Shown: positions 23,851 to 38,079 of the stretch, in pieces
Numbering within the stretch: the stretch's first letter is position 1
Layout of the letters: each line of letters begins with the position of its first letter
DNA from: Camelus ferus
Taxonomy: Eukaryota
Assembly: GCF_009834535.1 (NCBI RefSeq)
Contig: NC_045697.1
Location: 16,928,001 to 16,992,000, forward strand
Length of the DNA: 64,000 nucleotides
Direction: 5' to 3'
The notes under the pieces: generated by a model
Told to the model about the DNA's origin: nothing
The model's input: the letters and a program-made list of their open reading frames with translations, nothing else
The model's database searches: none
Program-made: the position numbers and the translations under genes

Positions 23851-25640
23851 ACTGAGCCATCCTACCTCTCTTGGGTGCCTTGATTTCCTCAACTTCAAGG
23901 TGGAAATAGTAAGACTGGTGTTTGGTGAGGATTAAATGAGTAAAACTTCAGTGCCCAGCACAGTACACACTGAAAAAAATACTGACTTCCGCGGTCTGTC
24001 TCAGTCTTGCTCATTTCCAGAGCCCAGGTCAAATCTGTGCTTTTTTCACGACGTCTTTCCCGAACATTGAGTCTTTATTGACATGTTCTTTCTTTGAAAT
24101 CTCCTCCAGCTTAGCATGTCTGCCATCATTGTTGGCACTGGTCATACTGTTATGGATTGTTATTAAATTATTTCAAGGTTTTTTTGGTTTTTCCAACATC
24201 ACACATTTCTTGGACCAATAATCAGATCTTATCTTCTCTGGTACCTTCCGCAGGAACCAGGGCATTGATAAAGACATGGGTTTTCAAAATGGGTTGGTAG
24301 AGTAAAGAATAAGTAAATACTACAGGCATCCACATGTGGAATAAATACTTGTTAGAAAAAAAAACAAGTCATTTATAAATTAGTTGAGATAGGAGGTTTT
24401 GTATATATCTCCATCCATCCTACAGATGCCAAGGCACTTAATCTTCAAGTTGCATTCTAATCCTTTACTTAAATTCTCTTGATTCCTTAAGTATCTTTTT
24501 TCTTCTAATATCCAAAGGCAAAAATTCCCAGGTCAACAGAGGGAAAGAGGGGCTAACTGTTCAACAAATTCAAATGTGGGTATTTATTTTTCACCCTCTA
24601 AAGCATGAGATGCCCCCCTACACTCAAGTCAATGGCTTTCACTTAGCAGGAAGCAAACACATTAATAAAATACACAAATACTCTCTACTGGCAATAAATA
24701 TTAAGAATAATTGACCTCACTGAATCAAAGTTTACAAGTGGCTTTAGATCCTAAGTCCTATAAACTCCAAACTCGACGCAAGGTTGCGTGTCTGGAAAAA
24801 AGGAAAAGTGCCTCGGGAGTCTAGTTTGGCTTTGAGCTGTGCTTCCACAACTTTCTACCTGAGTGTCAGTTTGCCATCTGCATCCGAGTTTTACGTGGTA
24901 AAAACATGTCACGTTGAAAGCACACCATTAATAGGTGGTATTACTGTCAGAAAAAGTGCCAGGCGATAAGGAGGAATGAATAAAGTCCCCTAGTACCTGA
25001 TCAGCTGTGTTTCCCTAAGTATAAAAGTATATTACCAAAAAAGAAAGAAAGAAAAAGGGTCAGGAACCAATCCAAAGTGTAGGGATTGGAAATATGATCA
25101 GACTCAGTACCAAGGAGGGGTGTCAGTGACCTGGGAGGGATGGAGCCAGGCACTCTGCTCTGAGAGTGCTTCTGGGGGCTGTTAGCAAAGGAGAGCCCTC
25201 CTGAAACACGGGAGGAAGTTAGAACCACAGGACATGTGGAGAGGCTTTCCCACACATACACCCCACACAGAACCACATCAGACTGCAGAATGCATTTCAG
25301 AGCAACAGACGTTTTTAGAAGTGCTACACCGAACGTAGTCGCACTGGCAAACATGTTCAGCAAATGGTCTGTATAAAGCAGTAAAGAATCCCCTTTGTTT
25401 TGTCCACTGGAGTGTTTTCTGGATCAGGAAGTGAGGTATTAGAGTGAAAAGATCACACACAGACCTTACTCTGTCTTCTGTCAAGACTGCTGGTCTACGG
25501 AAAACAAAGCAAAACAGGGAGTACTTAGATTCCGGAAACCACAGAGTTAGAGAAAAAGAAAGTGGCACCTCCTCTCTCCTTGTTTGCTGGGACAGCAGAG
25601 TCACTCCTGAAATGCTAACCTAACCCTTTGTTATTCCAGC

Positions 25641-25970
25641 CTAGCGTTCCCCAAACTATGTTCCATCAGCCAAATCCAGTGAACACCCTATTTCTGTACG
25701 GCCCTAAGAATGGTTGCATTTAAATAGTTGAAGACAATATGGAAAGAAGAAGATAGTGTGACACATGAAAATTATATGAAATTCAAACTTCTGTGACCAT
25801 AAATCAAGTTTTATTGGCCCACAGCCACGCTCGTTTGTCTACCTCTTGTCTGCGGCCACTTTTGTGCTTCAACGGCAGAGTTGAGTAATGGCAACAGAGA
25901 CGTTAATGGCTGGCAGAGCCCAAAATATTTACTCTCTGGTCCTTTACAGAAAAATTTTGCCAACCCTTTG
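25641..25970 (+). mobile_element. MER58 (hAT-Charlie MITE, MER58B-like)
   Basis: tgacacatgaaaattatatgaaattcaaa...ttttattggcccacagccacgctc...ggcagagttgagta...aaaatatttactctctggtcctttacagaaaaa..ttgccaaccct. Confidence 0.88.
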
Positions 25971-28401
25971 TCTAGGCCCATTATGTTTTCTTTCAGTTGG
26001 CAAAACTAACCTACCTCGCCTAGCTGCTACCTGATCAAACTCTTTCTGGCCTTAAGGTTGGATTTCAGATCTGTCAGCCTCTGTTCCAGACGGTTCCTAG
26101 AACCCCAGAACACTCTCTTGGCTCTTGCTTCTAATTTACCATCACCACTTCCATACACAGAGATAGCACCCCCCCATGTACACATGCACCCCAAATTCTG
26201 ATTTCTATTTCCCCACTCTTTCTACTCTCAGATTTCCTCTATTACACTGTCTTCCGCAATGTCTGAACCATCAATGCTCTGTTTCCTCATCAAATGACAA
26301 CCTGCAGGAACCATCAAGTATGGAGAGATGTTACTGGAACTCAATATTAACATGAGAAAGCTCCTACCAATTATACTTTCTAATATTACATAATTTCCTG
26401 TACCAATAATGCTTTATTTTTCCAGTGCCAAACTGCCCGTTTCTTTCTTTTTCTCCTGCCAAACTGAGTCAATTTTAGAAGTACATTATAATTTTACAGG
26501 TATGTTATAATTTGCACTAGTCTCTAAATGACAAATGCTTCACTCCCATTGCATTCATGGTAAGTAGCATTTTAACATAGTCTAACCATCTAAAGACAAG
26601 ACCTAGTTTATCTGAACACGACTCAGGATGTACCTGAATTGTATCAAAACACATCCTGAGAAGCAGTATAGTAGAGGGGAAAGGGCATCGGACCCAAGTT
26701 TTATTTCATAAAGTGTCATCAGCTAAATGTTTGACCTTAGACTAGTCACAGTCTAGATGCTGTTTTCTTCATTTATAAGTGAATTCACTGAGAAAATGAC
26801 AGGCTTCCCCATTCTCACACTCCCTGATTCTAGGAAGATAACTGACCCATGGATCCTAATTCATCATTTAGCCTTGTATAAGAATTTGAAATATTAAATG
26901 GCAATCTGAAGCAGGGTATTGAAGGTTTGGTTCTGTTTCGTTAGAGCCTGAAAAGCAGGAAGGGGTAACGGTATTTGCCACTAAGGAACAGGGCTCAAAG
27001 CGGAGAGAGGTGGACCAGTTGTTTTTCATTATAAGTTCTTTTAAGCCATTTGATTTTTTAAGAAAATATAATAAGTACATATTATTTTGATTTAAAAATT
27101 TTTAATGAAAGGCAAAAGGAACTTTATATTACTTATAATTGATGGGTGGGACTAGATGTACTATTGAATTTTAGACATGAATGTGGGTTTTACTGCGGGT
27201 TTTCCCAAGGGTCCCTGAGAGGACCAAGTGGGGCTGAATGACCCTAAAGTCCCTTCCAATGCTGGATTCTATACTTCAGCCTCCCCTCAATGCTCTCATT
27301 CTCTCTCCGAATAATTCTCATTCCATGAGCAATCTTCTCCCTGGGAGCTAGGCAGGTGGAAAGTTTCAAGTTTTAAAGTTCATTCATGTTTGAGTCCTCC
27401 CAGAGCAACAACAAAAAAATTAATGAGATTAAAATAAAAATATTTTGTTTCTTCAAAACCTCAGAAAATCATTTAAAACAGATCTTGTATGAGATTTATC
27501 CCTTTAGGCTAAAATAAAGCATTAGAGTTTTTTGTTAAGAGAAACATTTCCTCAAATTGAAAGAAAACAGAGCTGTAATGGAAATATGAATGCAGGCTTT
27601 GCAGTTGAAACCATCTAATGTAACATTAGAATTCTGCATTTGTGAATTGCTCTAATTTTATGTACATATATTTTGCAACAAGAATAGTGTTTCTTTAGTT
27701 TTATAGATTTTTTTCACTCATTTAATTGGTGATATAATTACTTGTTCTTATAAATCTGAAAATTAGGAATTCAAACACACACAAAAATAAAAACTTGATT
27801 CTTAATGGCTTAGCCATTTTCCCCAGTGCACTATCGTCCTTTCAGTGGGAATCTGCAGACCCTGTGTACCCAATGATCAAAGATTTCTAAGCTACTCTTC
27901 TTGAAACACACATACAAATTTTTCCAGGCAACCTCACACAGCCTCAACATTTTGGACCAGGACTGTCTGAAAGGCCTGTGGTATTTTAAAGGGCTGAGGG
28001 TGACTCAGCCTTACTCAAAGGTGCTACAACAATTCAGTGACTCCTAGAAAGGTCCCACTGGCACCAGGGAGACAAAACCAGGTGGAAACATTGGTGCAAC
28101 ACAACTGCATGAAGATTGCTAGCCAAGGAAAGTCATTGGGTGGAAGCTCCCTGAAGCACTCAATCACAATGACTAACCTGCATTTAGTTGCAAATTTCAG
28201 TTTATCTAGAGTTACACTAAAGAAATATAGAGCTCCCAAGAGCTCCCAGAATAGCATGGAGGCCAAGATGTCTTAAAATGTTCCCTAATGTCTTCTTTCA
28301 TTTATTTCAGGAAGGTGATCCAGAAAACTTAATTTACCTGAGAGACAGTCTTCAGAGCATTCTGATGATTGGTGGACTTTACCCATGATAAAAATGGAGA
28401 G

Positions 28402-28403
<2 letters not shown>

Positions 28404-28466
<63 letters not shown>

Positions 28467-28470
28467 TGAG
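28404..28470 (+). repeat. Compound (GT)n(GA)n microsatellite
   Basis: Direct read. Confidence 0.97.
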
Positions 28471-28644
28471 AAATGGGTAGAATGTTCGTAAGAGTCAAGA
28501 GGAGAAACATCAGGCGTAAGAGAGATCTAATGTTCATTTCTTATTTCTACTTTTCTTTCTCTTGAACTTGACCTTTCCCTCAACTCACCCCTATTCCTGC
28601 AAATGCAAAGTTCAAATAGCTGAAACCAATCTCAGATGAAGAGA

Positions 28645-28880
28645 ACCAAGTGCCCTAAGCACCTACTATGTGCAGGCCCTTTGGGAGTGGTAGTGAGATG
28701 ATGATGATGGTGATGGTGGTGTAATTTTCTTATTTAATCCTCATGGCAGCCCTATGAGGTGGCAACTGTTACTATCAATCATCATTTTACAGATGGTGAA
28801 ACACGGAAGTTAGCACAGATTAGGAAACTGTCAAATTCTCACACCTTGTAAGAGGTACAGCTAGGATTTGGACCATTTAA
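28645..28880 (-). mobile_element. MIR SINE
   Basis: agcacctactatgtgcagg...tttaatcctcat...ccctatgagg...cattttacagatggtgaaac. Confidence 0.8.
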
Positions 28881-29269
28881 TGCAACTGACCAGCATTACA
28901 CTTGGCCTCTTCTCTTTACAGGCAATCACGAGGAATTGTTAGTCAACTGTGTGTCTCAGTTTGTGTTGAGAGTGTTGGGATGGAGCAGAGAGGGCAGGGA
29001 AGAGCTGTGATGTCTTTGGACCCCTTGCCGGCTCCTGGTGAGTGTCCAGAACCACACCCAAATGTTAGGCATGAAAACAGCACTCAGTCTGAAAGCCCAG
29101 ATCCTCCTCCTCACCCATGTAGAGCAAAGCAAATCATCACCAGAAGGAAAAGGGGATTGGCTCAGCAAACACTGGGAAGGGAGGACCCCAGCGAAGAGGA
29201 TTTCCAGTAACAATAAAAAATACCTGGGGGAAAAAGGAATTAACAATCTTCTCACGTCGGAGAAGGAAA

Positions 29270-29440
29270 ATGCTAGCCTTTGGGGCCAGAAAGACTGAAT
29301 AAGACTCTACCAACTACTACCTGTGTGAGCTTGGCCGCCCCACAGAAAGCAAACATCCCCATCCTTCAGTTTCCTCATCTAAGAATGGAAATCATTATAT
29401 AATTGTATCTGCAAGTTTACAGTGAGAATTAAACATAAAC
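29270..29440 (+). mobile_element. MIR SINE
   Basis: ctgtgtgagcttggcc...cttcagtttcctcatctaagaatgg...gtgagaattaaa. Confidence 0.75.
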
Positions 29441-30699
29441 TGCCACACACATCAACAGCATGTTACCTAAGCTGTCTTCCTCCCTTCGCCACAGAAGTCA
29501 TTTCTTCCCCATGATCCTTTTCCTAGCCTTATGTGCTCTGATCTTTCTATTGTAAAATCAGCCGCACCCTTTCATCCCTTCATAGAATTCTCTGAAATTT
29601 CGGATAAAGTAATCTCCCTGTGATAACATCCACTGACTGAAAACATTTGCCCAGTGCAGTGAGATGCAAATAACTGGAAGCATCTACCTGATCAAGTGTT
29701 TCCTACATCCTTAACTCTGCACAGAGAGATGTTTAGGTTTTTTGAACTACAAGCATAAACAGAGGACAACGGATGGGAAGCTCCCACCTTCCCTAAGTGG
29801 CAGAGAATGCTTTCCCTAAAAGCAGAGGGAAGGAAGATTCTCCTGGTACCCCTCACACATTCCAGCTCTTTGCTCCAGAGAGCTCTAGGGGAGCCCTAAG
29901 CACCCCCTCCCTTCCCTTCAAGCCCCAGAAGTTAAGTGGCGGTCTCAGGTGAGAGAGAGAAATGCATCATTTTCCTGGAGGGGAACACAAGTACTCTCCC
30001 CTCTGCAGAAACCTTCAGGTTTATATGAGCCCATCTTCACCTCATATATCAGAGAACAGGGCTTGTCATCTAATCATACATCATGTTTTGAAAATACTCT
30101 GTACCACAGCTGGTGTGTTTCTTAAGAACAAGAAACTGCCATATGGATTTCACACTGTAGACCAAGCAACATAGTGGTCCATTTTGCTTCCTTGTGAAAA
30201 TGTGTGCTTGGTAGTGGTCTCCACCAGGGCTAAGGTCTAAAGGCAGGGATCACAGCCAAGCATCCTCCTTTCGCTTAGCAACTTCTCGAAACCATTACCC
30301 ATGAACTTTTCAAATAATTCTCGAACTCATTTTCATATACAGAAATGTTCCTATGGAGAAGAATTTTGTGAATAACTGGGAGAAATAACAAACTTTGTAA
30401 TATATTATCACCACCAGCTCTGTTCCAATTGTTAAATACCACTACCAAAGGTCGGACCAGACTCTAACCCATGCCAGTGGTTGGTGAAGGCATGAGACCT
30501 AAAATTGGTTCCACACCACTTTGGTTAGATACCCTAAAATCTCCATGTTTCTCCCACATTTTTATGTCATAGTTCCCAGTAGCCATGTAATGTATTTTTA
30601 ACAATATAAATATGTTGAAAAGGTATAATATTTGGAGTGGATTGCCGGGATCAGCTGATCCCCTGCTCCCTATCCCACAACTATGCCTCTGCTGTTAAC

Positions 30700-30880
30700 C
30701 ACAATCATTTACATGCCAAGCTCTTCTATGAGTTCATCCCTTTAAACTCATAATCTGATTTAATCCTATGAGATGCCTACTATTGTTATTCTCTTTGTAC
30801 AGATGAGAAAACCAAAGCTTGGATAGATGAAGTAGCTTGTCCAAGATCAGTTAATCAGGAGAAGATTCAGCCCTCAAATG
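30700..30880 (-). mobile_element. MIR SINE
   Basis: cctatgag...tttgtacagatgagaaaaccaaagct...gaagtagcttgtccaagatca. Confidence 0.75.
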
Positions 30881-31299
30881 CAGACCAAGAGCAATGACAA
30901 AGGCAGCCCACCCAAATCACAATTTATATATAAATTCTGCCTATTCACACAAAAAAGTTTCCTTGACAGCACAATTCCTACATCTTAGAATAAAATTCAC
31001 GAGATGCATAGTAAAAATCACTGGTTACTTATTTTAATTCAATACAAGTGTATGGAGAGAGGAATTTCTGTTGAGTCATCCAACTTGGAAGTATGGGAGG
31101 GGCCAGAGAAAGGCAGAGGATGTATTTTGAGACCTTTCTGCCATTGTTCAGGACCAAGACTTGGGGGACCAGACAGCTAGGTTCTAGTTCCATCTCTCCC
31201 ACAGACTTGCTGTGAAACCTTGAACAAATCATCCAAACCCTAGTTCATTTCCTTGTTTATAAATTACACTAGTCCTTCTAACCCAGTTGTTGCATCAGA

Positions 31300-32234
31300 T
31301 ATTACCTACTGACTTTCAAATACGGAAGGGGAGGATTAGGTCTTACACCACCTCTACTGACACATTCGACACATGACACATATGCTTCTTCTCCTTGTAT
31401 CCACCCGATATAGTTATTTCATAGTATTTTGTAAAATAAATTACATTTATGTTATTATAGCTATTTAAGTTTTTGTTCACTGCTATATAGCATCTTATAT
31501 TTAAATTTTCTTACATATGTTTTTGTTTTCCCTGGAGTTAATAATTGTCTTCATTTTTTAATTTCCTTTTTTGACCCAATGACACATTCTTTGTCAGAGC
31601 TGAAAAAAACTTCTCAATATGTTCAATGTGTTCACATCAGACAGATGTGCAGTTCCATTTTTTCCAGAAGGCATCGCTCCAGGATGTCCTTAATCCTACT
31701 GTTCTGATCTGAACTGGCTTCTCTTCAGGCATTCACCAAAGCTGACATCCTAGAGCTCCCTTATGCCATTTTACCAGGAATATCCTTTGCCTCTCTTTGG
31801 GTTTGGACCTCTTATTTCCTGAATTCCATATCATCTTCCTTCTTGATTCACTCTCTTGTTTTTATGGTACATATCCTTCAGTAGCTTTCTGAGAAATTTG
31901 TAAAGATCTTGCAATCTGAAAATAGATCCTTTGACCAACTTTACATTCATTATCTTATGTAATCCTATGAGATGCCTACGATTTTTATTCCCACAGCAGT
32001 CAGAAGTAGTGGCAAGATATTGACTTCTAGGTTGAAAATCAGTTAAACTTTGAATATAATACTCTATTCTCTTCTAGCTTCTAGTGGTATTTTCCAGTGT
32101 GATTCTCAGTCTCTTGTATGTGACCTGTTCTTTTTTTTCCTGGAATTATTTAGTAAGTTTTCTTTATTCTAAACATTCTGAAATTTTTCAGTGATATGTC
32201 TAGGGGGTTGTGTGTGTGTGCATGTGTGTGTGTG

Positions 32235-32267
<33 letters not shown>

Positions 32268-33570
32268 TTTGTTATGTTGGCATTAAGTGAATGGACCCTT
32301 ATATCTGTAAACTCATGTCTTTCAGTTCAAAGCAATTCTCTTGTCCTGTTTCTTTAATAGTTCCCCTCCCTCCATTTTAACTGGTATTGTTTTCTGAATC
32401 TCCTCTGGATTTTAGACTTCTTGAGCCACTCTTCAAATTTTCTTGCTCTTTTGTTCTTTCTTTTTCTTTCTTATTTTCCATCTCTTTGTCTTTTTTACCT
32501 AATTTTTCAGAGATTTTTTTTTCAAACTTGTTTCCCAATTCTTCTATTAAGTTTAAGTTTCTGGTTCCATATTTTTATTTCTAAGAGCTTGTTCTGGTTT
32601 TCTGAATGTTCCCTCCCATATTAGCCTGTTTTTATATCTTGAATGCAATATATTCTCTTAACTCTCATAATAAATATAAGATTTTTAAAAATGTTTTCCT
32701 CTAAACTGCATTGCCTCTGTTTGCTCCAATTATTGTTCATTTGTTTGTTTCTGTTTTAGTTTCTCTCTTTCATATTAGAATGCCTCCCAGTAATGTCTGA
32801 TCATTCAAGAGTAAAACATTCAATGCTGACTGGAAGTTCCAGGAACACGGAAAGAAGTTACATGTGGTGGGCTTTACTGCAGTGTGGCCTGAAGAATTAA
32901 TCTTTTCACAGGAGTCACTGTCTTCTATTGAACTGGTCGGTTTCTGCAGAAAGGAATCCTTCACGTTCCTCTCCAGCAGACAATGAGGCAAGCCATAAAT
33001 ACTTTGGAAGAGAAGAGAGAACTGGGATCTCACTCTTCAGTATGCAGACTTTCACTTGAAACCTGCTTATTTTCATAAGGCATATTACCTGCCCCTCTGA
33101 GATGCTAGATTGGTCCTCAAGCCCGGATCTTTTCTGGTTCAACTCCATTAGGATATGAACTACCTGTTTTCTGCTTTGGTCCAGTGAGAGAAGGGATCTG
33201 ATCTCTCTGCTATTTTTGTATATCTTCAACCTGTTCACTGCTTTTCCATTCTACTTCTCAGCCTCACCTTCTAAGATACTTGGCCCATCCAATTCCTGAG
33301 CATTTTCAGAATTTGGCAGTACCAAACAGCTGCTTTTTGTTGATTTCTCCCCCTTGAAAGCTTAGAATTCACTATTATTTTAATGCTGTGCCAAATCAGT
33401 ATTTGTTTATTCTCTTTTTAAATTCACTTTTGAGCTTTCAAAATCCAGTAGACATTTCTTTCCCAATATCATCTCCTCTTTCATTTTCTTTGTCTTCGGG
33501 GTTTAAACCTTTTTTTTTATGTCTTTATTTTCTTTTGTTGGGTTTCAGTTTCCATATTTAACCCAAAAAG
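31300..33570 (-). mobile_element. HAL1-like (half-L1) element, antisense, degenerate
   Basis: T-rich + strand with motifs I associate with HAL1: ccctggagttaataattgtct, cttatttcctgaattccatatc...tccttcagtagctttctgagaaa...tctgaaaat. Confidence 0.65.
32209..32266 (+). repeat. (TG)n microsatellite, interrupted
   Basis: Direct read. Confidence 0.95.
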
Positions 33571-33579
33571 TATACTGTC

Positions 33580-35340
33580 CATGGTTTTCACTTAATATTA
33601 TATCAAAAGCATCCCCCCATGCTTAATATGGGAAACACAGTTTTTGATGACTATATCATAGTATGCTTGACCATCCTATAATTAGAATTTTAGGATGAGT
33701 CAAACTTTTATATAAGCAACAACAAAATAAGCATCCTTTTACATGAAGTTTTATCTTTGTCTCAGATAACTTCCTTAATACCTATTTCTAGAATAGGATT
33801 AAGTCAAGCTTTTTTATCATTTTAAAGTGATTTACACATATTCTCTAGTTGATTTCCAGAAAAGCGGCAAGAATTTACACCCTCCCCTGAGAGTCAGAGG
33901 CTGTCGGTACATTGGATTCATCCTGTCATCACCAGTATCATCACCAACATCATCACCAACATCACTGCTTTTCAAAATCTTTGTGTTTCCACTATTGTTT
34001 TAATTTGAATAACTCTGCTGACAAACGTGATTACAATTTTTTTCATGTACTTATTGATAACATGTATCTATTGTTAATTGTTCATGGGCCAAACTCATTT
34101 TTTTCAAGCGGAGTATTACATCATTTCTTATTTATAAATTTCTCAATTTGTTACAAACAGCAAGCCTTTTAGATCAGACTTGTCAAAAATATTTTTCCAT
34201 TTTATTATTTGTTGCATTTTTGTTTGTTTGTTTATTACATTTCTGACATGGAGAATTTTTAGATTTTTACATAATCAAAATTGTCACTCTCTTTCTTTAT
34301 GCTCTGAAAGCCTACCCATTCCAAGGTCAGATGAATATTAGCCTATACATTCTCCTTTTATTTATATGTTTTGAATGTTTTACATTTTACTCTTTCTCCC
34401 TGGAATTTAATTTGTTGTCTTTTCTCCCAGTCAGTTAACCAGGTGACTCAACACCATTTATTGCATAATTGTCAATTCTTCAACTAATATGTAATCTAAT
34501 CTTGACCAAATCCACATCATAAACTCCTATTTTTCTTAGAGTCTGTTTCTGGCGTATTTCAACCCCACTGTCTGTTGATTCTTTCTCCAGAACATCCTGT
34601 TTTAATTACCATAACTTTATAGTACATTACAACACCTACTAGAGAAAAGCCTGCTTTGCTGCTCTTCTTCTTAAGTATTTTTAGCTTTTTCATCCTTTTT
34701 ATTACTCAAGATAAACTTTACAATACCTGGTCAGGTTTCCAGAAAACAACAGCAGCAATGTGATTTCAACTAGAATTCCATGACACATATACATTCATTT
34801 GAGAAGAATTAAGGGTTTTTTTAGTGTACCAAGTGTATATTTCAATTTACTATATGCAATTTAACAAAAATTTGGTCATAATTAAGCTGTTGAGAGGATT
34901 TGTTCCTCCTTTCTAGGAAGATGACACCTTTTCCATTTATTCAAGTCTTCCTTATGTCTCCTGCTAAAGTTTTACAGTTTTCTTCATACAGAGTCTGTGT
35001 TATTACTCAGTGAGTTTATTTTTACATAGTTTATATTTTAGTGCTATTTTGAATGACTTCAGTACTCATCTTGTCTAACTAGTTATCACTACTATACCAG
35101 AAAGTTATTAATTTTTATATATTTATTTTATATTGAATCAACTAACTCAACTCTCATTTTTTTAAAATAATTTTTCAGTTTTTCTAAATATCTTTGCTTT
35201 CCTATATAGACAATAATTTTACCTGATCATATACTTTTTTGTCTCCTCTATGTCTTAGTTCTGTTCCATGTATGAGTAGGTTGGCATAAATGGGATTGTG
35301 AACAACATTGTCATTATCCTGGCCTTGATGGAAACACCTT
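33580..35340 (-). mobile_element. Ancient L1 (L1ME-like) fragments, antisense
   Basis: T-rich; caacaccatttattg, tgttttaattaccataactttatagta, ttccatttattcaagtcttc. An imperfect (CAT/CAC)n tract lies at ~33925-33965. Confidence 0.7.
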
Positions 35341-35344
35341 TACA

Positions 35345-35595
35345 ATAAGAATAATAATTCCGAATTTTTACTGAGTGCCTTCTAGATGCTAGTCATTTTG
35401 CCATGGGATTTAGGTATATTATTTCCTTTAATCTTCATAATTATCTTAGAATAAAGTTACTATCATCGTCTCATTTTAAAGGTAGTGAAACTGAGGACTT
35501 AAAGCAGAAATATATCCAAGGTGTCCAACTAGTCGATGGCAAAGCAGAATTCAATTTTACATTGGTCCGACTCCAGAGTTTATGCTTGGAGTATA
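35345..35595 (-). mobile_element. MIR SINE
   Basis: ttactgagtgcct...tttaatcttcataa...cattttaaaggtagtgaaactgagg...ctccagag. Confidence 0.8.
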
Positions 35596-38079
35596 ACTAA
35601 TATTATATTTTAGAATTTCAAGCACGTATGAGTTGGTGATAGGAGTTTTTAAAGATGACTAGGAGGTATTTTAATTTTTTTTTTTTTTTTTTGGTTGAGA
35701 AAGGAGATGGGAGAGAGAAGAGTCAATTGATTTTAGGCAGATGAAATACAGACATAAAAAGTGCAACATAGGATGCTTCCCCACGGATCCTCAAGTTACA
35801 TGTGAACACCAAGACTATCAACAAACAGTATATTTCAGAGATCAGTGTACTTAAGAGTTTATTATTATTCCCACAAAAATAAAAAAGCTGTACTACGTGA
35901 CCTCTTGACCATTTTAGTCTCCTAATATTTCTAAAGAAAACATTTGGTCTTATTCGTTCAGAAGCTTGATTCACCAAAACTGCTTCATCCAGAAGGTGGG
36001 GCTGAGGTGATTCGTGCTGTTTAAGTCACATCCTGGCAAGGAGCTGAGTTGTGGGAGAAGATGTGCCTCCTTTTCCAATGTGGGAAAAAAAAAAAAAAGG
36101 AATCCAGCAATGCTAAAAATAAAGTCTTTTAGAGTGTTACGCAAAATTATGTATTTCTGCAGCGTTTCCCTGGATTACTGACTGTGTAATAGCCCTGCTG
36201 GACTCCCACCACCGCACGGAGCCCATGCCTCAAGCACCACGATCAGCACGGAGGAACATGCACATCCTGCTTCTCCACCAGGCAGTTTCGTTGTTGGCGC
36301 TGGGGGGAGAAGCTCTTCCTCAGAAATGATTACATACAGGTTTTTAGCTTTAAGTGTCACCCTTTTTTAGGAAGGGGACAACTGATTGGGGCTAATTAAG
36401 TATGCATTCAGGAACACCCTTTTTTTCACAAGCTTTAGGAAAGCTGGCCCTGGACCAGTGAACAGAGAGGCAGCTGGATCTGAGCACACAAGCGCAGGAT
36501 GGCACCTAAGTCTCAGATCCTAGTCTTGGTCCTGCTGGGCAAGGCTCTTAACCTGTCAGTCCTTGGTTTATGCATCGGACGACTGATAATAAAAACACAG
36601 TTGCCATTTCCTTCGCCAGGGCTTCTATGAGATTGAAAAAGGAGTGCAAACGGGTATGTGCTTTTGAAAACTGAAATACACTTGACACGTGTAAGGAAAG
36701 ATCCAGCTGTTTTCAGGACACGCTCCCTCAAGAGCAGTCATATTTATTGCTCACTCGAACTCCTCTGAAAAAGACAAATAGTCATCAACAGTAATGGAGT
36801 TCTGCAGAGAGCCAGTCCGTTTCCATTTCAATTCAAAGCCTGGGAGGCAGTGAACTTTCAATCCAGGCACTACCCACTGAGTCTCCAGGAAATTTGTCTG
36901 TTTCCCCATATATATGTGGTGAGCATTTGAACAGAAGCATCAGGCTGTGTCTGATCATCTTAGCCTATCTGGCGAAGGTCCTTACAATTTAAAGGCTAGA
37001 GGAGAAATGACCTATTTTACATGGCCTTTGTGAGAGGCGCTGGGGAGAGATGCCACGTGAATCCCAGGGCTACTCCGTAACTCAAGCTTTGGTCACCACA
37101 CGGCTCCATCTTCCCCTTGGTCCCTCTGGTCGGTCATTTCTTCATACACTGTACAGTGGCTCTGTGTACTGGGGACTGAGCTGAAATTGAGCTTGAGACA
37201 GGGGCCGTGGAATGACTGAGGAGTGAATTAGATAGAAAATTGCGGCTTTTGCTCCCTAAGTGAGAGAATCGCTGCATTCAACCCACTGCTATGACCAGAG
37301 TATTTCTCACTTCTTCGGACATTTTTTCAACAGGGGAACTTGATGTAAAACATATATGTCTCTTTAGCGAGTCAAGAGCTTGCCTTCTCCTCAACTTTCT
37401 TTTAAAATCTGCCCTCCACATCTCGAATCTTCTGCAGCCACGAGCAGTGTGGACTGTGACCTACAGAAGTCAATGCTCAAGAGAGAGTTCGAGAAGGGAA
37501 GCGTCTCAGTCTTAAACTCATTCAGTGTTCATCGGGTGTCTGTCAGAATAACCAGCCGGGAACGTGGCACACGGGAGCACAGGGAGCTGAACAGAAAAGG
37601 CGGACACACCACGGGGTGAATTGGTCTCTCGTGTTGGCTTTTTGGGTTTTACACAACACTGTTCTCTTCCCAAGAGGTGCTCGAAACTGAGTCAAATTTG
37701 AGAACTGTAAAAGCCTTGGATTCATTTATTAGCACATGTTCATCCATGCAGGAGCACAACTTGCTGTCCTAGAACAGGCGGATGAGGGCACTGGTTACAC
37801 CCGGCAAACCTGATTTCAACACACATGACTTAAGCCTACCCTGTGCCTGGTACTACGCTAGGCTCTGAGAGAAACAGGAAAATGAAGAAGATCAGATTCT
37901 GGCCTCCAGGGGTTGATACATAACTCTGATCCAAGACAGAGTAAGAAAACTACTAGAAGAGAAACAGCAAATGCTGCAGCAGCTGCCCTAACACATCTGT
38001 TTAAAGTAAAGGCCCAGGAGCATGGATTAGGTTAAGGATACGGCAGAGGCCTCAGCAAGGCCCCCAGCTCCACTCACAT

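Noticed and set aside
33912..34172. His/Gln-rich ORF (HHQYHHQHHHQHH)
   Set aside because: An imperfect trinucleotide repeat inside an old antisense L1.
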